From Octopus sinensis (lineage: Eukaryota): a stretch of DNA of 64,000 nucleotides. Both the position numbers and the translations under genes were made by a program. Shown one piece after another: positions 48,944 through 61,796 of this stretch (positions within the stretch are counted from its first letter, which is position 1; every line of letters starts with the position of its first letter). The DNA lies in NCBI RefSeq assembly GCF_006345805.1, contig NC_042998.1, forward strand, positions 131,998,001-132,062,000. Reading direction: 5' to 3'. A model generated the notes under the pieces. The model did no database searches and was not told the origin of the DNA. It was given only the letters and a program-made list of their open reading frames with translations.

Positions 48944-49740
48944 GCTACAAGGATAAAGACGATTGACAGAAAGATGGGTGACAGAAAAAAAGGGACAAAA
49001 CGAAAAACAGAATGATCCACGAAGGGTTTAATCTTGATCTTTTGAACAACACCGATGTGGTCGTGGTTGTGGTTTGGTCTAGTATAGTGTGTAGTGTGTG
49101 GTGTGGTGTGATGCGAAGTGGTAAGGGAATGGTATATAGCACGATGCTGGGCGGGAGAGCTAAGGGAATTCCCATTTGATATTAGAGATATAACACGTCA
49201 CACCCATCTAGCTCATTCTCCCTCGTACCTTCAACACAAGGCCCCTACAGAACGTTATTTTCTTTGCGTCTCTTTCTCTCTCTCTCTCTACTTCTTCTTC
49301 TTCTCCTTCTTCATTTTCTTCTTCTTCTTCTTCTTCATTTCTTCTTATCTTCACCCTCCTTCACTTACGCTCAAACACATATACGTATATATATATATAT
49401 ACATACACACAATTGGTGATGAAGGAAAAAAAGGCGACAGTTTGAAGGGGACGTAAGTAGGTCAGTAGGCAACGATTTGGTGGTATCTTTTTCCCTACAC
49501 TCCCTGACAAATATTCTGTTTTCCTTCCTTTGTTTGTTTGTTTGTATATTTATTCTGTCCTTTTTCTTCCTTTCTTTTTATTCGTTTATGGTTTGGTTGT
49601 GTGTGTGTAAAAGAATTTAGCCTAAGAAAGAAAATACACATACACATACCGACACATATGTGTGTGCGTGTCTGTGTACAAGTGTATATTTGTATTGTGT
49701 GTGTGCGTGCGTGTGTGTGTGAGTGTGTGTGTGTGTGTGT

Positions 49741-51023
49741 GTGGTGTGTGTGTGTGGAGAGAGAGAAAGAGAGTATGTGTGCACATCCACGCGCGTACGC
49801 GCGTACGCACGTCTTCTCCATGTTGGTGTCACTTTCATAGAAGTGGGGATAAAGACATCACTGCTCTATGTAGGAAAGTACCTCCTTTGTCGACGACCGA
49901 AATCACATATAGTGCTTGACAAAATTGCAAGAGTGGGAGAATCGGTGGAGCTACTGACTTACAGCGCTTCCACAAGAATTTAGTTATGTCCCTTTTCTTT
50001 ATAGACAAAAAAAATCTCCGTCGAAGTAGATATTTTTACTCCCATTACTGGCCTCCTTACCTTGTAACAATTTTTATTTCTTTTCATTTCATGTCTTAGT
50101 TCTAGAGGAAGGGGAAAGCGCCGATGACTGTTGCTGGCCTTCTGAGACGCGTGACACGAATACGCTTGGTGTTCGGCTTGAGCATCTGTGGTTCAACGAA
50201 TGCAGGGGAAAACATGGGCGTGGAAAGAATTCCAGAGGATCAACACAATGAGCAGAATGATTATTTTTAAAAGAATCGGTGACTGATAGAATTGGTAAAC
50301 CGCAAGATAAAAATGCCTTGAGGAATGTAGTTCTATGTGTGGGTGCGTGCGCATGCGTCTGTGTGTGTGTGTGTTGTGTGTGTGGTGTGTGTGTGTGTGT
50401 GTGTTGTGTGTGTGTGGAGAGAGAGAAAGAGAGTATGTGTGCACATCCACGCGCGTACGCGCGTACGCACGTCTTCTCCATGTTGGTGTCACTTTCATAG
50501 AAGTGGGGATAAAGACATCACTGCTCTATGTAGGAAAGTACCTCCTTTGTCGACGACCGAAATCACATATAGTGCTTGACAAAATTGCAAGAGTGGGAGA
50601 ATCGGTGGAGCTACTGACTTACAGCGCTTCCACAAGAATTTAGTTATGTCCCTTTTCTTTATAGACAAAAAAAATCTCCGTCGAAGTAGATATTTTTACT
50701 CCCATTACTGGCCTCCTTACCTTGTAACAATTTTTATTTCTTTTCATTTCATGTCTTAGTTCTAGAGGAAGGGGAAAGCGCCGATGACTGTTGCTGGCCT
50801 TCTGAGACGCGTGACACGAATACGCTTGGTGTTCGGCTTGAGCATCTGTGGTTCAACGAATGCAGGGGAAAACATGGGCGTGGAAAGAATTCCAGAGGAT
50901 CAACACAATGAGCAGAATGATTATTTTTAAAAGAATCGGTGACTGATAGAATTGGTAAACCGCAAGATAAAAATGCCTTGAGGAATGTAGTTCTATGTGT
51001 GGGTGCGTGCGCATGCGTCTGTG

Positions 51024-51060
<37 letters not shown>
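49741..51060. repeat. Exact 660-bp direct tandem duplication
   Basis: 49756-50364 and 50416-51024 are identical by line-by-line comparison; the junctions lie in (TG)n. Confidence 0.95.
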
Positions 51061-51066
<6 letters not shown>

Positions 51067-51476
51067 AAAGAAATCGTTGAAAGGGTTAGCAAACGAGAAT
51101 GGTTTATATAACTTTTCATTTTATAGACAAATGAAATTGTCGAAATTTAGACAGTTGTTTTTTCTGATAGACATGTTTAAAGGGGTCAGAAGAAGGAAAT
51201 CCAAGGATATAATTTTCTTCCTTACAACTTCTCTCAGTATGTCAGCCTGTTGATCAGATTGGCTTCATAGAAATTATCGAAGACGTATTTTGATTATATG
51301 AGTTCAAAAAGGAACGGAATTCGAATTTAGAAGTTACATCAGTCAAGGAAAGTTTACTTAAATATATTTGTAAGAAAGTACGCAGAAATTTTCATGCTTT
51401 GCACCTTCGATTGGATAATATGTTGTAGAAATGTACACATATCCTTTTATATTATCCAATGAAATAATGTGTTGTA

Positions 51477-52572
51477 CGAAGGTGGGCTGAAAAGTTCATA
51501 GACTCATTAAGAAGGAGTGCTGCTAGAGTTGTAAAAACTTGTATGCATTAATTTCCACACTTCTTATTAATAACTGTATTGCATTTTCCCCCAGTTAAAC
51601 TGATATCCGACTGTTCAAAGAAGACTTCAAAAGTAACTTATAGAGACTTCACTTTCAAATAGGCAAAAACTGGCATTCTGGTTGTTATCAAGTACTCACA
51701 CAAAAAAGGGTTCAGGTCCCCAAGGACATTCATGCTGACATGGTTGCTCCATTACGGGATGACACTCCACTTTCATCAACAATGCAAAAGAGGGTATCTG
51801 AATTTAGGAGGGGAAGGGAGAGTCATGAAGATGACCCAAAGTCTGGACATCCTGCAACAGACAGCCGAGGAAAACATTAATTGCGTTCACCACATGGTGA
51901 TGGGTGACAGACGATTGACAATAAATCAAATAGCCAATGCTATTAGTATATTCCGTGAGAGAGTTTAGAATATTCTGAACAAAGAACTTGGCATGACCAA
52001 CATTTCTGCTCGGTGGGTGCCATGTCTTCTGACAGCTAATCAAAAGCGCACCAGGATGACAACATGACAGAAAAATATTTGACATTGTTCGAAGCAGATC
52101 CAGCAGGCTTCTTTGAACGTTTCTTAACCCAGGACGAGTGTTGGGTCCATCATTTTGAATCAGAAACAAAGAAACAATCCATGCAGTGGAAACATTCCTC
52201 CTCATCTGATCCAAAGAAGGTCAACGTAGTTTCATCTGTAGGGCAGGTGATGGCTTCAGTTCTTTTAGATGCAAAAGGCATTGTGTTTATTGACTATGTT
52301 CAAGAGGACCACAACCATCAATGGAGAGTACCATGCCAACTTGCTAAGGCAGTTACGAAAGGCTATCAAAGTCAAACGCCCGGGGAAACTCACGAAAGGG
52401 GGTTTTGTCTCATCAAGACAAAGTCTTTGGCTTCAATGGCTGTTGTGCGTGACTGTGGCCTTGAAATGATTGACCACCCTCCCTATTCTATGCTAAAAAA
52501 TAGATCTCATTCGGTCACATTCCATAAGAATATCTTAGTTTGGCTATGAACGCTTCATTCAGTCAACCCTCG
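51477..52572 (+). mobile_element. Mariner transposon relic (irritans/Hsmar2-like TIR) with transposase pseudogene
   Basis: TA-flanked degenerate TIRs (CGAAGGTGGGCTGAAAAGTTCATAG and its reverse). Motifs ARWVPCLLT, TQDECWVHHF, VLLDAKGIV and DHPPYS with frameshifts; the C-terminus after PYS is deleted. Confidence 0.93.
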
Positions 52573-53381
52573 TAAAATTTAAATACGTGCAAACAGATAA
52601 AAAAAAAAAAACAGTAAAGAGGAAACTAGAGCTAGTAAAATTTGTTTTATAAATGTTGGACTAAGGTTAAGTCCACCTAGGAAAGAATAAGTTACAAATG
52701 AGACAGTTTGGCATAATTGCCTATGACCGCTAAGTAAGACAGAACAGATAATGATATATGTTTGGTATAGGCAAAAACAAAACCCCCAAAAATTACTCAA
52801 ACGGCTACATTAGTTTCTTGGCCAAAACTTTTAATTGACTAAACTTTAGTCAATCGTAAGTTTTCGCCATAATTCTGATTCTTTGAAATAAAACACTTCT
52901 TAACGGTGAATCCAAAATGAACTATATTTTGTTTAGCCAGCAAAAAATAACTGGCAGGCAACTTGTTTTTTCATAAGCTGAAACAATACACGTGATAAAA
53001 AAATAAATAAATTCCTATCTATCTGCATAAACTTGCTAAATTGCTAGTTAAAAACTAATCATTAAGTAACAGGTGGCAAACGCCGAATGAAGCTGTAAAG
53101 TTACTATCACGAATGATAAAGATATTTATCGGACAAGTAGTCAAAATAAAAATGGAAGTTTGCGTGTTATGTGCATACGTATGATTAAGTGCCTGCACGG
53201 TGTGTGCACCAGATGTAAATTAGATGGGCGTTTGTGTCGCTTCGTGTGCACTCTGGGTTTGTGCAAACAAGTAGGTTTGCAAGAGTTATAAGTCTGTAAA
53301 ACGTGAACATGACATGAGCTTTCATGCATGTGGGTATCTAGAAAGATAGCATGAATAATAACTATACATACATACATATAC

Positions 53382-53431
<50 letters not shown>

Positions 53432-53433
<2 letters not shown>

Positions 53434-53494
53434 TGCTCCAGCATGGCCGCAGTCAAATGACTGAAACAAGTAAAAGAGTAAAAGAGAGTAAAGA

Positions 53495-53496
<2 letters not shown>
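53432..53496 (+). mobile_element. Isolated SINE B / partner-LINE 3' tail
   Basis: GGTGCTCCAGCATGGCCGCAGTCAAATGACTGAAACAAGTAAAAGAG..., lying between (TA)n tracts. Confidence 0.85.
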
Positions 53497-53551
<55 letters not shown>

Positions 53552-53559
53552 CGTATGTA

Positions 53560-54353
53560 TTATGCTTTCCCAGTCCTACCGTACACACAACAAGGTCTTT
53601 CGAGGACGGAGGTCTTGTTTTGCTCGTAGAGTCGCTTGTTTGTCAGGGCTGAGCCATTCTTTTGCTGCTTCGTATTGACGTAAAGGCACAACTTTTCATC
53701 GCCAGCGACAATGCAGTAAAGAAAACGTTCTTTGTGACCATGTTTTGAGTGATGTCATGTGAGTAAACTAGCGGCGATTATGGAGTGTTGATTTTTTGTT
53801 GTTTTCGCTCAAAGAGTGTGGTACCCAAGCGCCGAGTTTCTAAACCTTGCTCATTGAGTGAAGGACGTTCTCTACATTTTTTTCTTTTCTTATCACAGTG
53901 CATCTGCTCTGGTCTTTGGACGTAGACTTTCGTGAAGAAGTTGATTCAATCGGTCTTCATTGAACTAAAATGGTCGACAGTGTGTGATCCGTTCTCGAGG
54001 TCAGAAATTCCCATTTTTGAAGCACGAAAACCAAGGCGGGTGGTATTTTGAGGCATTGCTCCTTCTCCATACACAGCACAAATATCACGAACAACTTCGG
54101 TGGCCTTAATAACTCGATTAAATGCAAAAAGCAAATGTTGTCGAAAATACTCAGTTTTATCCACTTGACATTCCATTTTAATGATCTGAAAATACACAAA
54201 AATCAATAAAATTAAAAAATCAAAACACACTATCTTGTAAAGCAAAAAATTCTCTTTTAAACAGCATAAAACACTTTGCCCATGCGTTTTATTTCTGCAA
54301 GCATTTTGTTTTAATTTGAAGAACAAACGCGCAGGAATTATTCCTTAACCCAA
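53560..54353 (-). mobile_element. Second mariner family, 5' half with transposase pseudogene
   Basis: TA|TTGGGTTAAGGAATAATTCC TIR; MECQVDKTEYFRQHLLFAFNR..DICAVYGEGA.., KLGAWVPHSLSE, IVAGDEKLCLYVN; truncated at (TA)n. Confidence 0.9.
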
Positions 54354-54737
54354 TATTATCGACCACACATACTCTATGTATGTTCTTTGAGTGCTTGTCA
54401 GCACGCTGCGTCACAGCGCTTTGGAGACGGCTACCTCATAATACTGGGTGTTAAAACACCTGAATGTCATAGACCCCATGTGCTAACATGTGTCCTAAAC
54501 GATCATTAAGATGAGGATAAAAGTGGACCAGTGATTCTCAACCATTCTTAACCTATGGCCCCCTGCGATTCCTATTTCACTCGGGTGGGCCCTCAGAGCC
54601 ATTCGAGCTTTAAAAAATCTTATTATAGTCTTATAATCAAATATTATTAGGAATTGTATTAAAAAGATGTTAAAACAAGTATAAGCAATTTATTGCACAT
54701 GAAATTTTACGAATGGAATTTTCTGTGGATCTCAAGG

Positions 54738-55171
<434 letters not shown>

Positions 55172-55809
55172 CTAGGTACATTTTTCGCTTCTGCTAATGT
55201 TTCATGTTAACCAGCAATCATTGCACGACCGTGATACAACAATTATCAATTAACAATGAGCGACACATTCATATAAAATATGTTGTTTCCCCAACTGCAT
55301 AACTAAAGCAAATTGCCGCATGTATTATACTTGTATTCCTTGCAATGGATGCTGGTGCTGATGCGTGTGTGCTCATGCACATGCGTATAAAACAAATTAA
55401 AATTGATATATTTTTTAAAGCAGTTAAAAAGATGAAATGATTGATTACAACTTCAAAGACAAAAACGTAATTTTTTCCATTTCTAGAAATAATTAAAGGA
55501 ATATAAGAACTAAGACATAGTCTGTTTACATAAACCAGGAATTACAGTAGTAAATCTATTGCTCTCAGTGTTTTATTTTGTTTTGTTTTGTTTTGTTGTT
55601 GTTTTTTTGTCCCCCTCCGAATACAGAAAAGTGATGATAACACACTCGTTGTCTCTTCTGTCCTTAAGCCGTCTCGTGTAAGAGCTGGTGATGTTGCCTG
55701 CTATGCAATGAATGTGTCGCTCATTGTTAATTGATAATTGTTGTATCACGGTCGTGCAATGATTGCTGGTTAACATGAAACATTAGCAGAAGCGAAAAAA
55801 TGTACCTAG
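55172..55809. repeat. ~101-bp inverted repeat pair with a 435-bp spacer (MITE-like or fold-back)
   Basis: 55172-55272 and 55708-55809 are reverse complements apart from one T in a homopolymer. Confidence 0.9.
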
Positions 55810-55813
55810 GTAA

Positions 55814-55878
<65 letters not shown>

Positions 55879-55899
55879 CTGTGAGAAATGGCGAGGCGA

Positions 55900-56012
55900 G
55901 TTTCCGACCCAGGCTAACTTAAAACAAGTATCGGATTATTTTATTGACTAAACATAAGGAGGGGCTCCAGCAAGGCTGCAGTCTAATGTGTGAAACAAGT
56001 AAAAGAATAAAA
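55900..56012 (+). mobile_element. SINE B diverged 3' fragment
   Basis: ggggctccagcaaggctgcagtctaatgtgtgaaacaagtaaaagaataaaa. Confidence 0.65.
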
Positions 56013-56799
56013 TATATTCAAGTGAGTACGAGCAGATAAAGACAAACAGAAAATAGAAACATCAAATACTAAGTACGTATTTTAGCTAGAAGAAATGAAA
56101 TCTGTTAAGGTTAGACGTAAGAGTGAGAGCGTTAAATAATAGACTTTATCGTGGCTGTTGATAACATTCAAAATAAGCTGAACAGATTTTGGTTTCTGCT
56201 GTTATAGCTGAAAGATTAACAGATTAGTACTTACTAATTGGCAAAATATATATATTGGTGACAGAGGCAGTATCAATACCGAGAGGTGATATTTGTCCCT
56301 ACTTGTTCTCTTAGAACAAACTATTTTGCTCTAATGCTCTCGTATTGGATTTTGGTGCAAAATGCACTCTGGTTTATATCGCCAGCGAGGAGATAAATAC
56401 CTGCTACTTCCACTGCCGAGAAAACTAGATCACGTGATTTCAACCTTTTTTGGTCTTGAGGAATTTTGGTATCAAAAGCCTATACGAGAGTTTCTATCAT
56501 GATAACTACCGCAGTATAGTTTGTTTTAAGAAAACATTCACGTTTAAGTGAACATAAATATTACCTCTTGATTGGCAAAAATACCAAATTTGGTGAAACT
56601 TCTCATTGAATTGAATATAACATTTGACAATGATGAAACGAAAATATTCGTGTGTACCATCTAAACAGCTAAAACAGGCTTGTAAAAGATTTTCTCGGAA
56701 TGGTTAATATAAGTCATATGGCAAAACAAAATGATTCGATTTTCACTCGCCATAAAATCGCTACATATATTCATACACAAATATGATATGTACTGTTAC

Positions 56800-56930
56800 G
56801 ACGATGTGGGCTCCAGTTGATCTGATCAACAGAACAGCTTGCACGTGAAATTAACGTGCAAGTGGCTGAGCACCCCACAGACACGCGTACCCTTAATGTA
56901 GTACCGGGATTACAAAGAACGAGACACATC
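56800..56930 (+). repeat. Fragment of a third interspersed repeat, possibly a SINE
   Basis: ccagttgatctgatcaac..cttgcacgtgaaattaacgtgcaagtggctgagcac..; recognised only as repeat-like, with a single copy in this window. Confidence 0.45.
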
Positions 56931-57015
56931 GCAAGACAAAATGATTCTACTTTCACTAGCCATGAAGTCGCTACGTATATTCATACACTTGTATAATATA
57001 AACTACGAGATAGAT

Positions 57016-57106
<91 letters not shown>

Positions 57107-57115
57107 CAGATAGAT

Positions 57116-57416
57116 TCTTTTATTCTTTTACTTGTTTCAGTCATCTGAGTGCGGCATTGCTAGAGCACCGCCTTTTGTCGAAGAAATGAACCCCAGGATT
57201 TATTCTTTGTAAGCCTAGTACTTATTCTATTGGTGTCTTTTGCCGAACCGCTATGTTACGGAAACCTAAACATACCAGCATCGGTTGCCAAGCGATGGTG
57301 GGGGAACAAACACAGACACACAAATACACACTTACAAACACACACGCACACACACACATATATATATACGATGGTCTTCTTTCAGTTCCCGTCTACCAAA
57401 TGCACTCAAAAAGCTT
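57116..57416 (-). mobile_element. SINE B lacking its head
   Basis: Tail and central domain are present; interrupted by (TA)n and the following inverted repeat. Confidence 0.85.
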
Positions 57417-57630
57417 TATATATATATATATATATATATATAACAAAATTAGAGAATGGAGAAACATACTTAAATCAATAAAACATCAACTATCCGATGA
57501 TACCCAATCAATACTTTAATACACCATTACATATGAGTAAAGGCATTATACAAAATGAGATATACAGTAATAGTAAAAAGATAAAGAGATATAAGTAAAA
57601 AATTTCAAATATAATATGCAATTAAATCAA

Positions 57631-57741
57631 AACTGACAGCTGTTTCGGCAGTGAGGGCAGTCATACCTCATTTAACCTTATAAGCCATAAAGGCAGGTAT
57701 AAATGAGGCATTAACAAGGATGCCCCACGGCCTCTTCAGAG
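57631..57741 (-). ncRNA. Type I hammerhead motif with extended stem II
   Basis: Reverse-complement copy of 58259-58366. Confidence 0.75.
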
Positions 57742-58258
57742 AATTAAATTAAATTTGTTATAATTGTGAAAAATATTATATAACCATATACATATAAATA
57801 TACCTAGTGGTCAGCATTTCTAAACTCATAGTTATTTCGATCTTTAAAGGATGGACTTGGTGCAAACTTAACTGTATCTATTATTATTTTTATTATTATT
57901 ATTATTATTATATTAATATTAATAGTAATTTTTATTAACTTTTATAGCTTTAGAATTTTATGAACTGAACCATGGTTTTAATTATTATTTTTCATCTCCC
58001 TATGTGTTAGTTTTTTTAAAAAAAACTATTAGCCAAATATGTATAATATCGGTACTTATTAATATTAATATATACACTGATATATATTTTGTTTTATTTT
58101 GTTCTGTTTACCTTCCTTTATTGTACCAATGAGTATTATATTATATAAGTGTAGCATTATGATGTATAAGTTTTTATATTTTACATTTTTATATTTTTAT
58201 ATTTATATGTATATGGTTATATAATATTTTTCACAATTATAACAAATTTAATTTAATT

Positions 58259-58366
58259 CTCTGAAGAGGCCGTGGGGCATCCTTGTTAATGCCTCATTTA
58301 TACCTGCCTTTATGGCTTATAGGTTAAATGAGGTATGACTGCCCTCACTGCCGAAACAGCTGTCAG
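58259..58366 (+). ncRNA. Type I hammerhead motif with extended stem II
   Basis: CUGAAGA-GGCCGUGGGGCA...UGCCCUCACUGCC-GAAA-CAGCUG-UC. Palindromic ACAGCUGU; GUC triplet with predicted cleavage after 58364; inner helix AUGCCUCAUUUA/UAAAUGAGGUAU. Confidence 0.78.
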
Positions 58367-58731
58367 TTTTGATTTAATTGCATATTATATTTGAAATTTT
58401 TTACTTATATCTCTTTATCTTTTTACTATTACTGTATATCTCATTTTGTATAATGCCTTTACTCATATGTAATGGTGTATTAAAGTATGATTGGGTATCA
58501 TCGGATAGTTGATGTTTTATTGATTTAAGCATGTTTCTCCATTCTCTAATTTTGTAGTATTAATTTACGTAATATTATTACCTTTACCCATATAATACAA
58601 TAGATGAACTAATTGTTTGACAATTTTTAACATCTATGTATTAATCTTGTTGGGTACCTATCTGGCAGTATATTGGATATATATTATCCCATGGTGGGTT
58701 GAATTTTCAACCCCTATCTCATTTTATAACC

Positions 58732-58762
<31 letters not shown>

Positions 58763-59068
58763 TATTATATATATATATTATATATATATATATTGTATGT
58801 ATGTATCTATGTATGTATGATATATAATATATATCAAAATAGGTTTAAAGTGTTATATTATCCTGGCGGCGGTAACCGTGTTTCCTCTCAAGTTGGTATC
58901 AACTGCCGGCCAGCCACAACTTTCCTTTTGTCGTACGACGAGCTAGGCTGCATATTCAACAGTCTGCAGTCACTGCACTTGAAATACGTGTAGGTCCCGA
59001 AAAGATGTTGTAAATAGCTGTGAAATAAAATTATGGATGTGAAATATTTCCGTCTCCTTATTATTAAC

Positions 59069-59129
<61 letters not shown>

Positions 59130-59194
59130 GTATGTACGTATGTATGTATGTATATATATGTTTGTGTGTATGTATATATGTGTGTGTGTATGTG

Positions 59195-59405
59195 TGTGTT
59201 TGTGTGTCTGTGTTTGTCCCCCACCATCGTTTGACAACCGATGTTGGTATGTTTACGTCCCAGTAACTTAGCGGTTCCGTAAGAGAAACCGACAGAATAA
59301 GTACTAGGTTTACATAGAATAAGTCCTGGGGTCGATTTGTTCGACTAAAAGCGGGGCTCCAGCTTAGCCGCAGTCAAATGACTCAAACAAATACAAGAAT
59401 AAAAA
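59195..59405 (+). mobile_element. SINE B, 3' half
   Basis: gtttgtccccc..gacaaccgatgttggt..gaataagtcctggggtcgat..cagtcaaatgactc. Confidence 0.85.
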
Positions 59406-59846
59406 AAATATATATATATATATATATAATTAATTAATCATAAATAAATATGTATAATTACTCCTGATCAATTTATATTTACTGCAGTATAATTTTGATC
59501 GCAAAAGCACGTGGCTTGTGGTTATGAAATTATATTTAAATATTATATACGTGTGGATGTATGTACATATTCGTGTGGATATTACCAGTCCATATGGTAT
59601 GTATAAACATCTACATATGTATTCGTTGGCATCCCATACTGAAGACAGCATGGGAAAATTGCTTCCCTAAACCAGAAATCGATCTGTGAGTAACCATTCT
59701 TTTAAAAATCTGATTGATTCATTAGCCCACTTTCAATCTGTGCTAACGGAGTAAAATAAGATGCGGTTTATTGGGCTATTAGCATCTATTTCACGCATGT
59801 TGGTTTGCCTATCCATACCCTTTTGCTATAACTATATCTGCATAAT

Positions 59847-59911
<65 letters not shown>

Positions 59912-59979
59912 AACCAAATGTGTGTTTTTTTTTTAGTCTCCATTTTTATTTCCTCTTTTCATCCGTTCTTTTCTTAGTA

Positions 59980-60016
59980 CTTTCTATAGAAGAGCGTAGG
60001 CTCGAAACGTCAATGA
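59980..60016 (+). ncRNA. Degenerate minimal hammerhead motif in a Penelope-like remnant (~59930-60120)
   Basis: CUAUAGA-A-GAGC(GUAG)GCUC-GAAA-C-GUC; core mutated, probably inactive. Confidence 0.45.
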
Positions 60017-61501
60017 CTTTTTCCTTTTTTTTTTTTTTCTAAGCGTCAAACTAATACACTCTGTTTGTTGCTCTCTCACTTGTTTCTTTTTCCGTTTTTA
60101 TGTTTTTTGTATAATTTTTAACCATATATGTATACACACAAGCGAGCGCTCACGCGCAGAAAAACTGATAAATGAGAAAAAACTTCAGAAGAGACATGGA
60201 GCTATTAAAAGGGAAAAATCGAAAACATCTCGCCATTTTGATGTGTATATATATATATATATGCATATGTATATGTTTATTTGTATGTATATATATATAC
60301 ATTTTTTTTTGTTTTTATACAAGACTCCACCTCAATGTCTGCGTCTGACGCTGAAACCGCTTAGTTTTTTGGGAGGGTTTCGCATGTTTTAAGACTGGGA
60401 CAAATTTCTCATATAAAATATATATGAATGTGCGCACACGCGCGTATGTATGTTTGTGTTTGGTTGCTTGTATATCCATATATTTGCATGCGCACATATA
60501 TGTTCGTATGTGCATGTATATATATATGTGTGTGTGTATACAAGCATATATGTATGTTTATATACACATGTGCCTGAATACACATATACCCAATACATAC
60601 ATTGCCTGCATACAAGCGTGGATACGTGTATGGTTCCATGTAGGTTCGTATGTGTGTGTATACATATCAAATATCACAGCAATGGTTTGATTTTTATCTT
60701 TTAAAGTATATATACTTTTAAGAGGCTCTATGTCCTTTTTGAAGATTTCCTCGTCTCGCTTTTTATTCATTCGTTTATTTTTCTTTGTTTTTTTTTGTTT
60801 GTTTTTTTCCTGTTTACTTTTTCTTTTCTTTTTCTTTCTTTTTTTTCTTCAGAAATAATTTTCTCATTTTTTTTACTCTGTCTATGCCTATCCATGTCAA
60901 CATTCTATTACAATATCATCATCGCCATCATCGTCAACATCATCATCATCGTCATCATCATCGTCATCGTCATCATCATCATCATCATCATCATCGTCAT
61001 CGTCATCGTCATCATGATCATTATCATTACTGTTCATTTCCTTTTTTTCTCCTCTTTTGTGTTTCAATTTATATTTTTATCTTTTGTTTTTTGTTGTTTT
61101 TTTTTGTTTTTATACCTTACTAGTGTATTTCTATGATCCATCATTTTTTCCTATTTCCAAAGCTGAAGGCAAACTTCTTCCAAATCAGTATTGATCCATT
61201 TTTCTGATTGTTTTTTAATATATTCCTAATGTTCCCTTTGCTTCGTTTTGTCCGAAAAACCGGAACCGTGTAACCTGAAATAATGATCAGGGAAATGTTC
61301 ATCTTTCAATGAAATCTAATACTCTGCTCTACTTTTAGTATTGAATATGTTTTCTCCTCTCGTTTGCAGTCACGTGCTCGAATATATACATTTACACCTA
61401 TCCACCAGAACACGCGCGAACACATAGATAGATTCATACATACACACACTCACATATATACACATACATACAAACATACATACATACATGCGTACGTACA
61501 A

Positions 61502-61796
61502 TCGATTTCGGGCACTGTAGCGCGGCGGAGCTGCGGGCGACGGCGGGCGCAGGCCTGGCGTAGGCAGCCCCTACTTATACTGGCCGCAGTTGTCATCTTT
61601 CGGGAATTTACGGGACGGACCACGTCGCCGTATCGGGCGCGTGCATCTCGCGACATCGGTCGGGGCTACGTCCATGCGTACGTGGGCGATACCGCGCGCT
61701 TAGGTTCGTTCTTTCGATTTCGGGCACGGTAGCGCGGCGGAGCAACGGGCGACCGGCGCAGGCCTGCCTCTACCTCGTGCTAGCCGCAGTTGTCAC
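61502..61796. repeat. GC-rich island (~66% GC) with a 212-bp direct repeat
   Basis: TCGATTTCGGGCAC.GTAGCGCGGCGGAGC..GGGCGAC..GCGCAGGCCTG..GCCGCAGTTGTCA starts at 61502 and at 61714; G+C is 197/300 by hand count over 61501-61800. Confidence 0.85.

Larger units (their letters stand above)
57443..58555. mobile_element. Penelope-like remnant with ~360-bp inverted arms (57443-57802 and 58198-58555)
   Basis: The arms differ by about one substitution and a few 1-2-nt indels; each carries a hammerhead motif; the spacer is 395 bp and AT-rich. Confidence 0.7.

Noticed and set aside
54529-54620. CAGTGATTCTCAACC, resembling a hAT/Charlie left end
   Set aside because: No matching right end or TSD found.
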